A stretch of DNA of 64,000 bases from Camelus ferus (Eukaryota): NCBI RefSeq assembly GCF_009834535.1, contig NC_045696.1, positions 57,662,001 through 57,726,000 of the forward strand, given 5' to 3'. A program made the position numbers and the translations under genes. Below are positions 52,680-64,000 of the stretch, one piece after another. Below the pieces are notes generated by a model. That model was not told the origin of the DNA, made no database searches, and was given only the letters and a program-made list of their open reading frames with translations. Each line of letters starts with the position of its first letter. Position 1 is the stretch's first letter.

Positions 52680-53670
52680 GAATTATAACAGGGAGGGTGT
52701 CATTAGATTCCTTGAGTTCAGCAAGTCTCTCGTGATAATGATGTTACTTGTATGGTTAAATAAGAGCTAGGTGATAACACAGTCAGCAACTCTGCAACTG
52801 ACTGACCAAGTATATCTATAGAGTTGGTAAAGGGACTGGTATTTGCCCGAAGGTGTAAATGAGTGAAGAGCAGCACGGTCTGATCCTTAATCCTGTCTAG
52901 GTTTATAGGTTTTAAGTTAGTTAAATAATATAAAAGAGGACCTGCTTGTCAAAGGCTTAATAATACGACTGATGACAGGATCAAGACTCAAAATGATCTC
53001 AATAAACTGGAATGCTAGGTTAAAATTTAGCAAGAACAGATCCAGGTTTTATGGGACCTGAAGCCTACAAAATTTGGAGGGCCTTCTTTAATTTAAAAAA
53101 GTATGAATACAAAATATAAAGAAATAAAATATAAAAATCAATATTTATTAGCATGATAAAGCAGTCACCCCAGGCTTGGAGCTAGATCTCTTTATCCGAC
53201 TCCCAACATATCCCTACATTCACAGTGGTCAGACCAATAAAAGACCCTGAAGCTTAAGTACATTTATGTTAAAATAATTAAAATTTATTGCAAAAATATG
53301 GGCTGGGGGATATTGTTTGACTACAATCTTACTATGCATCAATACTGTGATACAGCAAATGAAAATGACCCAACTCAGGAAAGTAATATAGTAAATTTAC
53401 CATTATGCATCGATCAGATAAATTCTGGGAGCCTAGACTGAAAGGGAATGTGGGCAAACCAGAGAACATACTAAGGGAAGCAGACAATACAATGAAAGAG
53501 TCTCTAAAACGTGCCTCATGTGGAACTGCTGAAAGAACTTAATGAAGCACTTGGCTTTGGGAAGAGAATGCTGCTGGGGGATAAATGAAGACCCACTATC
53601 CACAAGAAGGAGACTTATTCTGTATTGTTTCAGAAGGAAGCATGAGTTGCAAGAAGATTTCAGCTTAACA
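52680..53670 (+). mobile_element. CR1/L3 LINE remnant interrupted by a MER96-like element (about 53035-53270)
   Basis: RT-like remnant (gacaggatcaagactcaaaatgatctcaataaactggaa = DRIKTQNDLNKLE); MER96-like cagatccaggttttatgggacctgaagc...ccctgaagcttaag. Confidence 0.6.
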
Positions 53671-53859
53671 TAAGTCAATTCAATTTAACAAATATTTATG
53701 AACCCTATTATGTTAGGGCCCTGGGGATAAAGCAGTGATCAAAATGGACAAAATTACCTATTCTCGCATTGTTTACATTTTGTAAGTGAGATAGAACATA
53801 ACATGTAAATGTATAGTATATCAGGTAATGAGGTGATGTATTCTAAGAAAAATACAGCA

Positions 53860-54345
53860 AAGTATCAGCAACAAACAATTAAGAATACAATTTTAGAAGG
53901 ATGTCAAGTACAACTGCATCAAAGAGCATCAAGTATCTAGGAATAATCTAGCAAAACATGTGCATGACTTACACACAAATAAGCTATAAATTATTAGTGA
54001 GAGAAAGTAAAGAAGACTTAAATAAGTGTAAGGATATCCCGTGTTTGTGGATTAGAAGTCTAAATATTATAAGGATGTCAGTTTTTTCCAAAACTGATCT
54101 AGAGATTTAATGTAATCCCAATAAAAAATTTAGTGTGTGTGTGTGTGTTATCAAGCTGGTTCTAAAAACGTATATGGAAATGTAAAGATCCAAGGGTAGC
54201 CAAGATCATCTTAAAAAAGAATAAAGTTAGAGAAATTACTGTACCAGATTTCAAAAGTTATTATAAAGCCAAAATAAGTAAGACAATGTGGTACTTCGGC
54301 AAAATAACAGATAAATAGACCAATCGGACACACCTGAGAGTTCAT
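53860..54345 (+). mobile_element. L1M ORF2 fragment
   Basis: tatctaggaataatcta...gaagacttaaataagt...gatctagagatttaatgtaatccc...ccagatttcaaa. Confidence 0.8.
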
Positions 54346-54469
54346 GAACAGCTGTGATTTGCTCTAATCTCTCTGTGACTCCATCACGCCCTCCCCCTCA
54401 ATTTACTGCTCTCAACCATCAGTAAAATTTACAATACCCTTAAAAAATAGTGAAGCAAGGATAAAGAAA

Positions 54470-55065
54470 TAGTGATGGAGAGGGGAGAAAGAGCCACTAT
54501 GCTATTAGGGGATAGGAATCCCAAAGGACGGCCTCGAAAAGGTAACACTTAGAACAGAGAGCAAAAGAAGTGAGAAGAAGAGTGTTCGAGACTGAGAAAA
54601 GCAAATTCCAAGACTCCAAGACAGGGCACATTCAAACACCAGCAAGGGAACAGTGGGTGTGGAGCCAAGAAAAAATTGTAGGAGTTGACATAAGAGAAAT
54701 AGCCAGGGGCCAGATAATGCTGGCCTCCACAGGCCATGGATTTTACTAGGTTTTACTCTGAATGAGACAGGAAGCCATTACACACAGGGTTTTGAGCAGA
54801 GAAATGACACATCCAAGTTGTTTTAAATGTTATCAGTCCAGTTGCTGTGTGAAGAACAGACTACAGAGACCTCCGCAAGGGGGAATGCGGGACCAGTTAG
54901 GAGGGTCTCTTAGAGTAAGATAATGCTGACCTAGATGAAACTAGCAGTGGTGGAGGTGGGGAAAAAGAGGTTGATTCTGGATGTATTTGGAAATTAGAGC
55001 CAACAAGACTTGCAGTTGGATTGGATATGAAGTCTGAGGGAAAAAGAGGCACTAGGAATGCCTCA
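54470..55065 (-). mobile_element. L2 fragment
   Basis: ttttactctgaatgagacaggaagccatt...ttttgagcagagaaatgaca...gattctggatgtatttgg. Confidence 0.75.
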
Positions 55066-57419
55066 AGAAAGAGCTCTCTAACCCAAAGAGCTGTCTGAGC
55101 TTTCTCCGGATGCAGTTATCTGAGGGGAGGCAGTTATTCCTTCATGGGGCCATCTGAATGCTCTTATCCCTCCTGCTTGCCTGCCAAATCAGCTCCTAAG
55201 AGGATTTTTAACCTTTGTGATGATGGACCCAAGTGATCTCTAAGATATCTCATGTGCTAAATAGTCTAGAACTAAGAGGCAGTCAGATCATGACTCTATA
55301 CATCGTAAATTTTAGGCTAAATGGTTGCAAAGTAAGTTTCCTACACCAAAGTAACTTTGTAAATGCTGTTTACCTTTTTTTTACCACACATGTATTTTCA
55401 CACTGGTCAAAATGGGTCAAAACGAACAGCAGGGGCAGCTTTGGAGTAGGCAGACACCACAAAAGCCTGGGGCTGGGAGATGCTGATGTAGGCAAGGAAG
55501 GACCAACCCCATCTTCTCAGCCCTTGGGGATGGTTATGAATAAAGGCTACTCAGAAGAAAGCGTACTTAGAGAGTAAATGAACTGTAAACAAACACCCTA
55601 ACAATTTTCAAGTGCACCATAAGTTACACTTCACAGTGGTGCTGCTATTGCTCAGAGCTCACTTAGACCTCATCTACGGAATTTGCCCCTGAAAGGGAGT
55701 TAATGTACCTTACTCCAAAATCCAGTCTCTCCAGTAGTCAGGTCCCTGGGAAGCTCTGCTTTCAAAAATCTCAGATTCTACTGGTTGGCAGAAACATAAA
55801 GCTTTTAGCCTATCTGGTATTTGACCTCCCATGGTATCATCTGTAACAAGCATCTAACCTCTGCTTTAACCCCAGAGTGAGGGGAATGCGGTTAATACCC
55901 CCAAAGGCAGCCCTTTTGCATCTTCTGAGACACCTCTGATTGTCAGAAAGTTCTCACTGAGTTCAAACTGAAACCTGCCTCACCATACCTTGTATCTACT
56001 GATCATAGCAGAGTGTGGGGCAGGAGTTCCCAAATGTCAGGCATTTGTGTACCATCTCACATTTTGCCATTTTTACCATATCTAAATGTCACTAGTCCTA
56101 TTAGTTCTTGAATATCTTACTTTCAAATAACCCAATTTTCTTAGCTAAGTAATTTTACTTGAAACAGAAACTACATCACCTTGTAAGTGTGAAACCTACA
56201 CCGATTAGAAATTAATAGCATAAGTAATCATATCAGAAGGAAAAGAACATGATAATATTAAATTCTACTTAGGAACTGTTGCCTGGCAAAGGCGCTGATT
56301 CTGAGGCAGGCTCTCTCTTTGTTAGAACAGGAAATAAGCAAGTGTTGCAAGGTAATACCACAGAAAGACAAAGTACCACCAAAATTATACTTCTTCCTTG
56401 ACATAATCCACAGGCTCAAGAGAACTGAAGAGAGCATAACTTTTTTCACCGTGTGACCCACTGTTACTTAATGTCTGTGTACCACTCAAAAGCACTGCCT
56501 ATACCTCTAGTGGGAGGTGTACACACTGGGACCCACTGATAAAGTGATCAAGCACCTTGGCAGTGGTCAACCTGATCAGATTCAGGTGATGGTTCTGCCA
56601 CCTCCTAGCTGCCCAGTCCTATCCACTTTAACCTCCGTAAGCTTCAGTTTCTTCATCTTTAAAATGGGAGTAATGATAGCTCTTCAGAGTGATGCTTTCT
56701 TAAAAACATTTGAACAGTTTACCCTGGTGGTAAATTGATGATTTAAGAGCATAAACTCAGGCTACGATTGCAGCATCGTTAAGCTTTGGGTTTGAATAAA
56801 TTCAGCCTTTAGGCACTGACCAGGCTGTGCTGGCCAACAAAAATCTCTAATATATTTTTATATGTACTACTGCTGAACCAAATCCCTCTTTGTGATCTTG
56901 TATTGCTGGGCATTTGAACCTGAGGGAGGACTGGGCATTTATTCTTATTAACTAGATTCTTCCCTTCACTTTAACCTGCTGCTTCAGTATTTGTTCACCT
57001 CTTTCTCCTACCCTGCATTTGAGGGGAAAGAGGTCAAATGGACAGAATTGGGCTAGGATGAGGATGTATTTGAGACTCCAGATGTGAGGGTGTTCCTTTG
57101 GAGCAAAAGAATGGAAACTTTTTGCTCAGTATCCACATATCAGGCACCTTTCTTAAATATCTCATTTATTATGATCCAAGAACCCCTTAAGGTATGTGTT
57201 ATCTCCATTTACAGAAAAGAATTCTGCATTTTTACTTTAAGTTGTTAAGCCTGGTAACTATGCAATTTTTCACTCTTTCGGCTTATTATTTTGTAGACAC
57301 TTTTATTATGTTGCTTCATAGTTTCCTTTTTTTTCACTTAATAAGTAAATAAATGCTCCCTCCTTGTTCTAAGAACACTTTGAGGCACTCTTGCCTTGAT
57401 GTTTATCATTTTAACGATT

Positions 57420-57996
57420 GTATAATATCTCATTAAGTAACCCTACCATGATTTACTTTACCAATTTCCTATTGTTGACAGTTTGGCTTTGTTTCTTTGC
57501 TTTTTGTGGTTTTTTAAGTTATTATTTTCTGTAATAAAAGATCCTGCTATGAACATCTGCACATGAGTATTATTTTGTTCTGGAAATTTCCCCAAGAACG
57601 GAATTAATTCATCAAAGAGGATAACAACTTTCATGGCTCTTTATAGAGACTAGCAAACCCAAAGGAGTTACGTGTTATTCAAGGATAAAAGGAAATAACT
57701 GGCTTTCTACAAAAGAAATTGATTTTCCACTTATTCATAAAATATTCGAGGCCCTGATAGGTGGCAGGTGCCATGCCAGGGACTGAGGACAGGGATGAGC
57801 AAGGCAAACCGGTCCCGGTGTTCAAGAAGCGAACGGTCAGGTCGGGTAGAGGAAATGGTATGCAACAGGTGTCAGCCTCTGGCCAGGGAGGACTGCAGCA
57901 CCCTTTCGCGCAGGAGTGAGGAAGGAGGGAGCTGTTTGCGAGCACCGAGGAGGTCTCGCAGCTAGGCAGCGCTTGACCTGAGTCTTGCAGAATGAG
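57420..57996 (+). promoter_or_regulatory. CASR: CASR promoter P1 / non-coding exon 1A region
   Basis: 57862-57995 (caacagg...ccctttcgcgcaggag...gaaggagggagctgtttgc...gcttgacctgagtcttgcagaatga) closely matches the human CASR 5' UTR exon 1A as I recall it, and lies downstream of CD86 as in conserved synteny. The 5' boundary is uncertain (TATAAT at 57421). Confidence 0.75.
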
Positions 57997-58179
57997 CAAG
58001 AATTTTAGCACGCTATTTCTATTTATTTTACTGTGATTCTCCGGCCTTTTATCAGAAGTTTCCCATTCTTGGCACAGAGAACGTTGGCAGAGTCGTAAAC
58101 CCACAAATAGTAAAGCCTCTTTCCATCTCCAAGGAGGAGGGAAGGAGGGTCTCTCCGACCTTAGGAGCAGGACCTGGGG

Positions 58180-58930
58180 TCGGGAACTCCCCGCGCCGCA
58201 CTGGAAAGAACAGAAGACCCAAGAGAGGGGCCCGCCGCCCCGGGAACTAGACCCGACGCGTGGCCCTCGGCGCCGGGCCCCAGAGGAATCCGCTCACCTC
58301 GACCCGGGCTGGGAAGCTGGTGAGGGAGCCGGAGCTGCCGGGGGTGGAGGGTTAGAGAGCAGCCCGGGAGCGACTCCGAGGGGAGCTGGGCTCCACTGTC
58401 CCGGACCCCGAGGGGGTGGGCGGGCGGGGAGCGGGAGAGGGGCGGAGCTCCAAGGCCCGGGCGGCGGCGGCCGCCCAGAGGGTCTGCGGGGGCTGCGGGG
58501 GCCGGACCCGAGGGCGGGCGCCTCTCCGAGGCCGTGACCTCCGCATTGGGAGCGGGCCCTGCGCGCCGTCTTGAGTGCGCGTCGTGGAGACCCAGGACCG
58601 ACGAGCCGTGCTGCCCCAGGGGAGGGAACCGGGGCCGGGGCGCCAGGTAGGACCAAGGGCGGCGAGGAGGGCGGGCAGAAAGTGTCCCGGTGGGGGAGGG
58701 GCAGTGGTGGGTCTAGGGGCCAATGGGTCTGGGGGCGGCGGGCCCTCGGGCTAAGCGAGGGGCGCACGCGGAGCAGCTCCGCCCCGAGAACACGCGCGCG
58801 CTGTATGGGGGAAGTCGGGGCCCAGGTTGCAGGACCTAGGGCTTACCGGTCCTCAGAAAGGGGCTGTGGGTCGCCTTCGCGGATGAACGGGAGTGCGCAC
58901 CAAGACGCGGCTGTGGTGGTGTCTTGTGCC
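58180..58930 (+). promoter_or_regulatory. CASR: CpG island, CASR promoter P2 with Sp1/GC boxes
   Basis: The only strongly GC- and CpG-rich block in the window; multiple GGGCGG boxes; immediately 3' of the exon 1A-like sequence, as known for CASR P2. Confidence 0.85.
58450..58646 (+). other. CASR: CASR non-coding exon 1B (start approximate)
   Basis: GC-rich segment following the Sp1 cluster, ending in donor CAG|GTAGGA at 58646/58647; position fits CASR exon 1B. Confidence 0.6.
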
Positions 58931-60282
58931 TCCGCCTTTTTTCTGCCTGTGATGCGGTCAGAAAGAACTCCCTTTCCGTGTGTTCATAAGGGAACAGGCA
59001 GTTTTCTACTATGTATGTATATGCAAAGGGAGCCACAGTGTCAGCACCCATCCTCCTGGTCCATAATTCCCCTCGCAGATCCTTACCCCAAGCCTCCAGC
59101 TGCCTTGCGGACCTGGCCTCAGTGGCGCCAGATTAGGTGTCAGTCCCCGGCCCTGTCACTTGCCGCCATGTTGCTTGGGGAGAAAAAAGAAGTACCAGTT
59201 TGAAGGAATCTTTTATTATTTTTTCAAATTATTTTAAGATTATAGTTTCAATAGATTTTTTTTAAGTCAAATACAATTTATCTTCTAGAGGTATTCCCAT
59301 ACTAACATTTGTGTCTATTCATACCTCCCTTGTTTTTTATCCGTATCTTTTCTACTCTACTTCTTCCATCCCCTTCTTTCAATTCTTTATCCCACCTCCT
59401 TCCTAATGAAAATACCAAAAGAAAATGACGTCACCACCACTGCCCGCATTACTTAATCTCCAGTGTTCCTTGCTGGCACCACCCCTGCTGTCTTCACAGG
59501 TCTTTCACCGAGGTGGACCTCGAGGTCGGGAGCACACTCCCTACAGGACATTGCTTTTACTTGCCTTAACTGACCCAGAGATTCGAAGAAGGGAGGGTTA
59601 TGGAAGACTCCCTGAGTTCTCTACTAGCAATTCCTTCCCCTAAACTGCATTTTCCAAATGCAGTTTAAGTAGAGTCTGGTACTGAGGGAAATTAATGAAG
59701 AAAATTTCCTAAAATGCTCTGGGTTTCCAGAAATTAACACTTCACTAGTTCCTCTTCCTCAAAGCAGAACTTTGCCCATTACACCTGCCATACCTCTGCT
59801 GCCACCCAGGACCAGCAGAGTAACATGCGTAGGATTTTTCATCGGTAAGAACCTCAGAGGGATGATGTTTTATATTTGTTAAGGAGCTCAGGGGCATAAC
59901 TTTGTGGTAGACAAGGGCAAAGGGAAGGATGTAGAAGAAGTTGTCAAGGGCTTAAGAAGTGGGGAGCAAGCCAAGACCTTTGAGAGGAAAAGAATCCTGG
60001 AGGCAGGCCCTGTCATTTAGAAACAACCTCCAGATAATTTGGTTTGGAGACCATGCATGTGGCTTACTTCTTGCCAACAACCAGAACAATCCACAAAAGG
60101 ATAAAAAGGAAGCTGGGTATCCAGCAGGAGTGGGGATCAGATATTTAGGAAGTGCTTATGTGCTGAGGACTTAATGATTGGTACTCAAAAAGCTGTGTTT
60201 CTAATTCAGAAGACCCCTGACAACCTCTGTCTCATAACATTAAGTAGAATCAGGAAGGTCTAGTTGGTCCATAACAAATATC

Positions 60283-60337
60283 ATTCATTCATTCATTCAT
60301 TCATTCATTCATTCATTCATTCTCTCTCTCTCTCTCT
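60283..60337. repeat. (CATT)n(CT)n microsatellite
   Basis: Read directly. Confidence 0.9.
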
Positions 60338-60889
60338 AATTTCTGGGAGGCTTTTAGTTCAAGGTAGATGGACGTTAGACTTCATCCATTTGCCATTGTC
60401 ATAAAGTGGCACACATACACTCACTCATGCTTGCTACTTTTCATTCAACTTTTTTTGCCTGACACTAGCCTGTCTCAATTTTCCTTCCATTTTTTTCTTG
60501 TGTCCTTCCAGAATCCAGTAACCACTGACCAGGTTACCTTTATTAAAGCCAGTAAGAATTAATGGATGTAGGTAGTCCCTACTGTAGTCTTGGAAACCAC
60601 ATCATCCATTCATAAGACAGAATAATCATCCAGATGTGGGTGATAGTGTTTTCTGAAAAGTTGGGAGCTTTGTGCCTGTTCCCCCTAAATACGGATCCTG
60701 GGAAATGCTGATTGAATGTGGTACTGTTGGATTCAGTTGCTTGAACAAGTGTGTAATTACTTGAAGCCACAGAAATGAACAGACATAATTAGGTGCGGCC
60801 AATGAGTGAGGTGGCAAAATGTGAAATGAGGGAAAAAGAAGGTTTGCCTCTGCCATGGACAGTCTAGAATTTGATTAAAAGTGGACTTT

Positions 60890-61020
60890 TTGGGGGTGTA
60901 TATATATATATATTTTTTTTTTACTGAAGTACAGTCAGTTTACAATATTGTGTCAATTTCTGGTGCACAGCATAATGCTTTGGTCATACACGAACATACA
61001 TATATTCGTTTTCATATTAG
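60890..61020 (-). mobile_element. Very short L1 3' tip with 11-bp TSD
   Basis: tttttactgaagtacagtcagtttacaatattgtgtc... is the antisense of the L1 end seen at 49170-49270; TSD aagtggacttt at 60879-60889 and 61021-61031. Confidence 0.85.
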
Positions 61021-61782
61021 AAGTGGACTTTCTATTTCTGTGCAACATGTCTAACCTCAGTGAGTCTCAGTTTTTACTGATGCATATCCCTTGGATATGT
61101 GTAAAACTGAAGTCATGTCTCTTCCAAAAGGTGGTTGTGAGGTTTAAATGAACTGTATGTGCAAAGTGCTTAACACAATGCTTGGATATGGTAGCTGTTT
61201 ACCTGGCCTGTTTCCTTTGCCCCACCTCGTCTCTGAGGTCTATCTAGCCTTACACTGAAAGAGCAGGAAGAATGACTAACCTGAATTAATTGGCTTTTAT
61301 GTATTTCTCATCTACAATTGATTTTTTTCCCTGGGAATGGAGTGGAAACCTGTTTTCCTCCACCCTCAGAGAATGCTTATCAGTGATGATGGGGACAAAG
61401 GTAATAAGATACCTATAGAGGAAACTAATTTTAGATATTATTCTTTCAACTGCTGTTTCACACACACACACAAGCAAAATTACTAAACAATTGAAAAATG
61501 GAGTTATTTGACTTCTTTCACCCATGTTATTTCGTTGGTGGAGTTCCTAATAAGCATGTTTCTTGTTCAAATTGTTGTTTTTCATGTAGAAAGAAAGAAG
61601 CAGACTCAAAGAGATTGTAATTGTTCCCTCTAATAATTGTGAGCTGTTTGTCCTTAGGGGAAAAAAAAAGTTTTGTTTTTCTCCTTGTAATAGAAGTTGA
61701 TGGTTGAAAGAATGATCATATCTTCCAGTCTCTCTGAATGTTCTGTAATTTGACATGAGCTTTTAGTTCAACAATCATCAGT

Positions 61783-61892
61783 GGTGGACCGTATGCTTAG
61801 TATTCAGGAGGTCCTGGGTTCGATCCCCAGTACCTCCATTAAAAAAAATTAAATAAATTGACTTAATTACCCCCCCAAAAAAAACCCAAACA
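61783..61892 (+). mobile_element. 5'-truncated vic-1-like tRNA SINE with TSD
   Basis: tgcttagtattcaggaggtcctgggttcgatccccagtacctcca + A-rich tail; TSD aacaatcatcagt (61770-61782) / aacaagcatcagt (61893-61905). Confidence 0.85.
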
Positions 61893-62324
61893 AACAAGCA
61901 TCAGTTGAGTCCTGCTGTGTGTGAGGCATTGAGTTGGCACTAAGCACTCAGAGACACCAGCCATAGAATCCAGATCTCCGGCCTGGTAGCCCTGAGGGAA
62001 GAACGTGGCCAGGGATAGAAGAAGTGCCAGCTGATGTGAGAGACCCGGTGAGAGGGGAGCCCTCAGCCGAGGTTCTCTACCACAGCTTCCGACCCCAAGT
62101 GCATCAGATCATGAGCACCAGGTCAGGATCTGGGTTTACTCATCCTTACACCCAATGCCCCTGCCCACAAGGACCCTTTTGTGCTAAGTGTTTTGTTTAT
62201 TGCGCATCAGGAGAAGGTAGTGAGGAGGCCAAGTGGCCTTCTCTTTCTGCACTTTTAAAAATCAATATATTCCAAATAAAGTTTGGCTCTGTGCAGTTGT
62301 CAGCCAGTTTTCAGCCTCGTCTTA

Positions 62325-62530
62325 GGAGAGGCAGTACAGTACATAGGTTAAATGTCTGGGCTCTGTAGTTAGACTGCCTGGGCTCGTGTCCCAGCTCTAC
62401 AGTTTACTGATTGTGTGACCTTGGGCAAGTTGTTCAACCTCTCTGTGCCTCAGTTTCCTTATCTATAAACTGGAGTTATTAATATTATCTACCTCATTGA
62501 TTGTCAAAGGACTTAAATGAACTAATACAC
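62325..62530 (+). mobile_element. MIR SINE
   Basis: tgtgaccttgggcaagttgttcaacctctctgtgcctcagtttccttatctataaa. Confidence 0.85.
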
Positions 62531-63129
62531 ATTGTTCAAGGTCATCAAGCACAGACAGCATGTCTTATTTACCACTGAAACCCCAGAGTCCAGCACAGTG
62601 CCTGGTACATTGGAGGAGCTGAGTGAACTCGTCTAATACGGGTATAGGCTGGTATAGCAGTCAGTGATTGACAAAGCACTCTTCTATCATTAACTCATTA
62701 ACTCATTTTATCATGATCTTCAGAACATCTCACAAGATAAATAAGGGAGATGGCAGGATGGGTGTTATCATCTCTGTTTTACACATGAGGAAACCAGCCC
62801 TGAAAGGTGGGGTGATTTGCCAGAAAAAAACACAATTGTAAATGACAGCCCTGATTAACGCTTCCGCCTGGATTTCTAGCCCTCTGTTCTTCCCACCATC
62901 TGGCTGTCTCTCCATCCTATGCAGGTTTCCTGGATAGGTTTCAAAGAATACCCACCTGAAAAAATGAGCACACAGCTTATTTAGCTTTCTGGAAAAAATA
63001 TGAACTTCTTACTGTAAATATACTCAAATAGTAGCTTCAAGTTAAAACTTGAAGTTTGGAAAGTTTCTATTTTGAGGGGGGTTGAGAGGAGACAAGAGGA
63101 TATTTTATGGGAAAGAGGAAGTTTGTTGA

Positions 63130-63770
63130 AAGTGCAGAAGTAACAGAGCATCATGAAGGAAAATATCAATAGATTTTATTATGTAAACATTTAAAAAAAA
63201 AGTTAAAATACCTATGTATAAAATACACAAGTTTAATATACAAAGTACTTACATATGAAAAGTCATAATTAAATTAAAAGGAAAATCAACTAAAAAATAT
63301 CGCAGCAAGGATGCCAAATGATGATGAGTTTCAATGTCTAAAGAGCTCATAGAATTTAAAACCATGGTTTTTAAAAAGTGGGCAAAGTATGTAACAGTTT
63401 TTAAATGAGGAAAAGCCCATGGTCAGTGAACATATAAAAATATTCTAACTTTACTTGATAAAAGAAGTAAGAATTTTTTAAATGATAACCAGTGTGTTGA
63501 GGAAGAATACTAAGACCTTAAAGATAGTGCTGGTGGAGTGAGGAAATGGCTACCCTCCTCACACATTGAAACCCAGTTGCTTTAAAATTGTTTATCACTC
63601 TTAACCAAGGATTTCAATTTTTAGAACTCTATCCTAAAGAAATCATCAGAAATATGGTTAAAAACTTTTACCCAAGGATGTGCTTCACGTGTTTATTAAT
63701 GAAAGTGAAACATTAGAAACAACCTGCATGTCCAGCAAGAAGGGACTGGTTAAATAAACTATGGTGGGGA
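63130..63770 (+). mobile_element. Old L1M 3' fragment
   Basis: aaaagtgggcaaag...tatcctaaagaaatcatc...gaaacaacctgcatgtccagca...ggttaaataaactatggt. Confidence 0.7.
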
Positions 63771-63789
63771 TCGAGCAGCCCAGACTCAC

Positions 63790-63965
63790 AACTGGCAGCA
63801 TGGATCTGGGGTCTCACTACCTGGGTTCAAATCCTGACTCTGCCAGTCATTAGCCCTTTAACTCTGGAAACCTCTCCACCTGTCACTTCCCTCACCTATA
63901 CACTGGGGATGACAAGAGTACCTATCACGTAAGGTTGTTTTGTGGCTTCAGTGAATCAATATAGG
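63790..63965 (+). mobile_element. MIR SINE
   Basis: cctgggttcaaatcctgactctgcca...ggggatgacaagagtaccta. Confidence 0.7.
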
Positions 63966-64000
63966 TTTACAGTTCCAAAATCCTCAAGCTCTAAAAATGT

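Noticed and set aside
58294..59203. ORFs of 157, 123 and 210 aa in the CpG island
   Set aside because: Pro/Gly/Arg-rich frames expected from stop-poor GC-rich DNA; the region corresponds to the non-coding CASR 5' end.
61783..61840. tRNA gene
   Set aside because: tRNA-like B box only; 5' truncated, with A-rich tail and TSD, so a SINE. The copy at 31460-31591 is likewise a SINE.
1..64000. CRISPR arrays, operons or other prokaryotic/novel multi-gene systems
   Set aside because: Sequence is mammalian intron-exon DNA; no regularly spaced repeat-spacer array or unexplained long ORF cluster was seen.

Overview
Mammalian (eukaryotic) genomic DNA, most likely a camelid, judged from two tRNA-derived SINEs resembling the camelid vic-1 family and no recognisable Alu, BovB/Bov-A, PRE-1 or Can-SINE. 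The + strand carries CD86 (B7-2) exons 2-7 (numbered as in the human 7-exon model; exon 1 is upstream of the window). All six exons have AG acceptors, the five internal ones have GT donors, and they splice into an intact 327-aa ORF from ATG 1513 to TAA 25968, followed by a 3' UTR to about 27600. A repeat-rich intergenic stretch of about 30 kb follows (L1, L2, CR1/L3, MIR, MaLR/ERV LTRs, hAT MER elements). At about 57.4-58.9 kb are the P1/exon 1A and CpG-island P2/exon 1B region of CASR, matching the conserved CD86-CASR synteny; CASR coding exons lie beyond the window. I found no convincing new biological system. The most notable observations are a young 5'-inverted (twin-primed) L1 inside a multi-layer nested retroelement cluster, an apparently degraded CASR exon 1A splice donor, an NMD-immune tail-less CD86 isoform predicted from exon 6 skipping, and a CRE+GCM motif pair in CASR intron 1. 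Repeat family names and boundaries are from visual recognition and are approximate.
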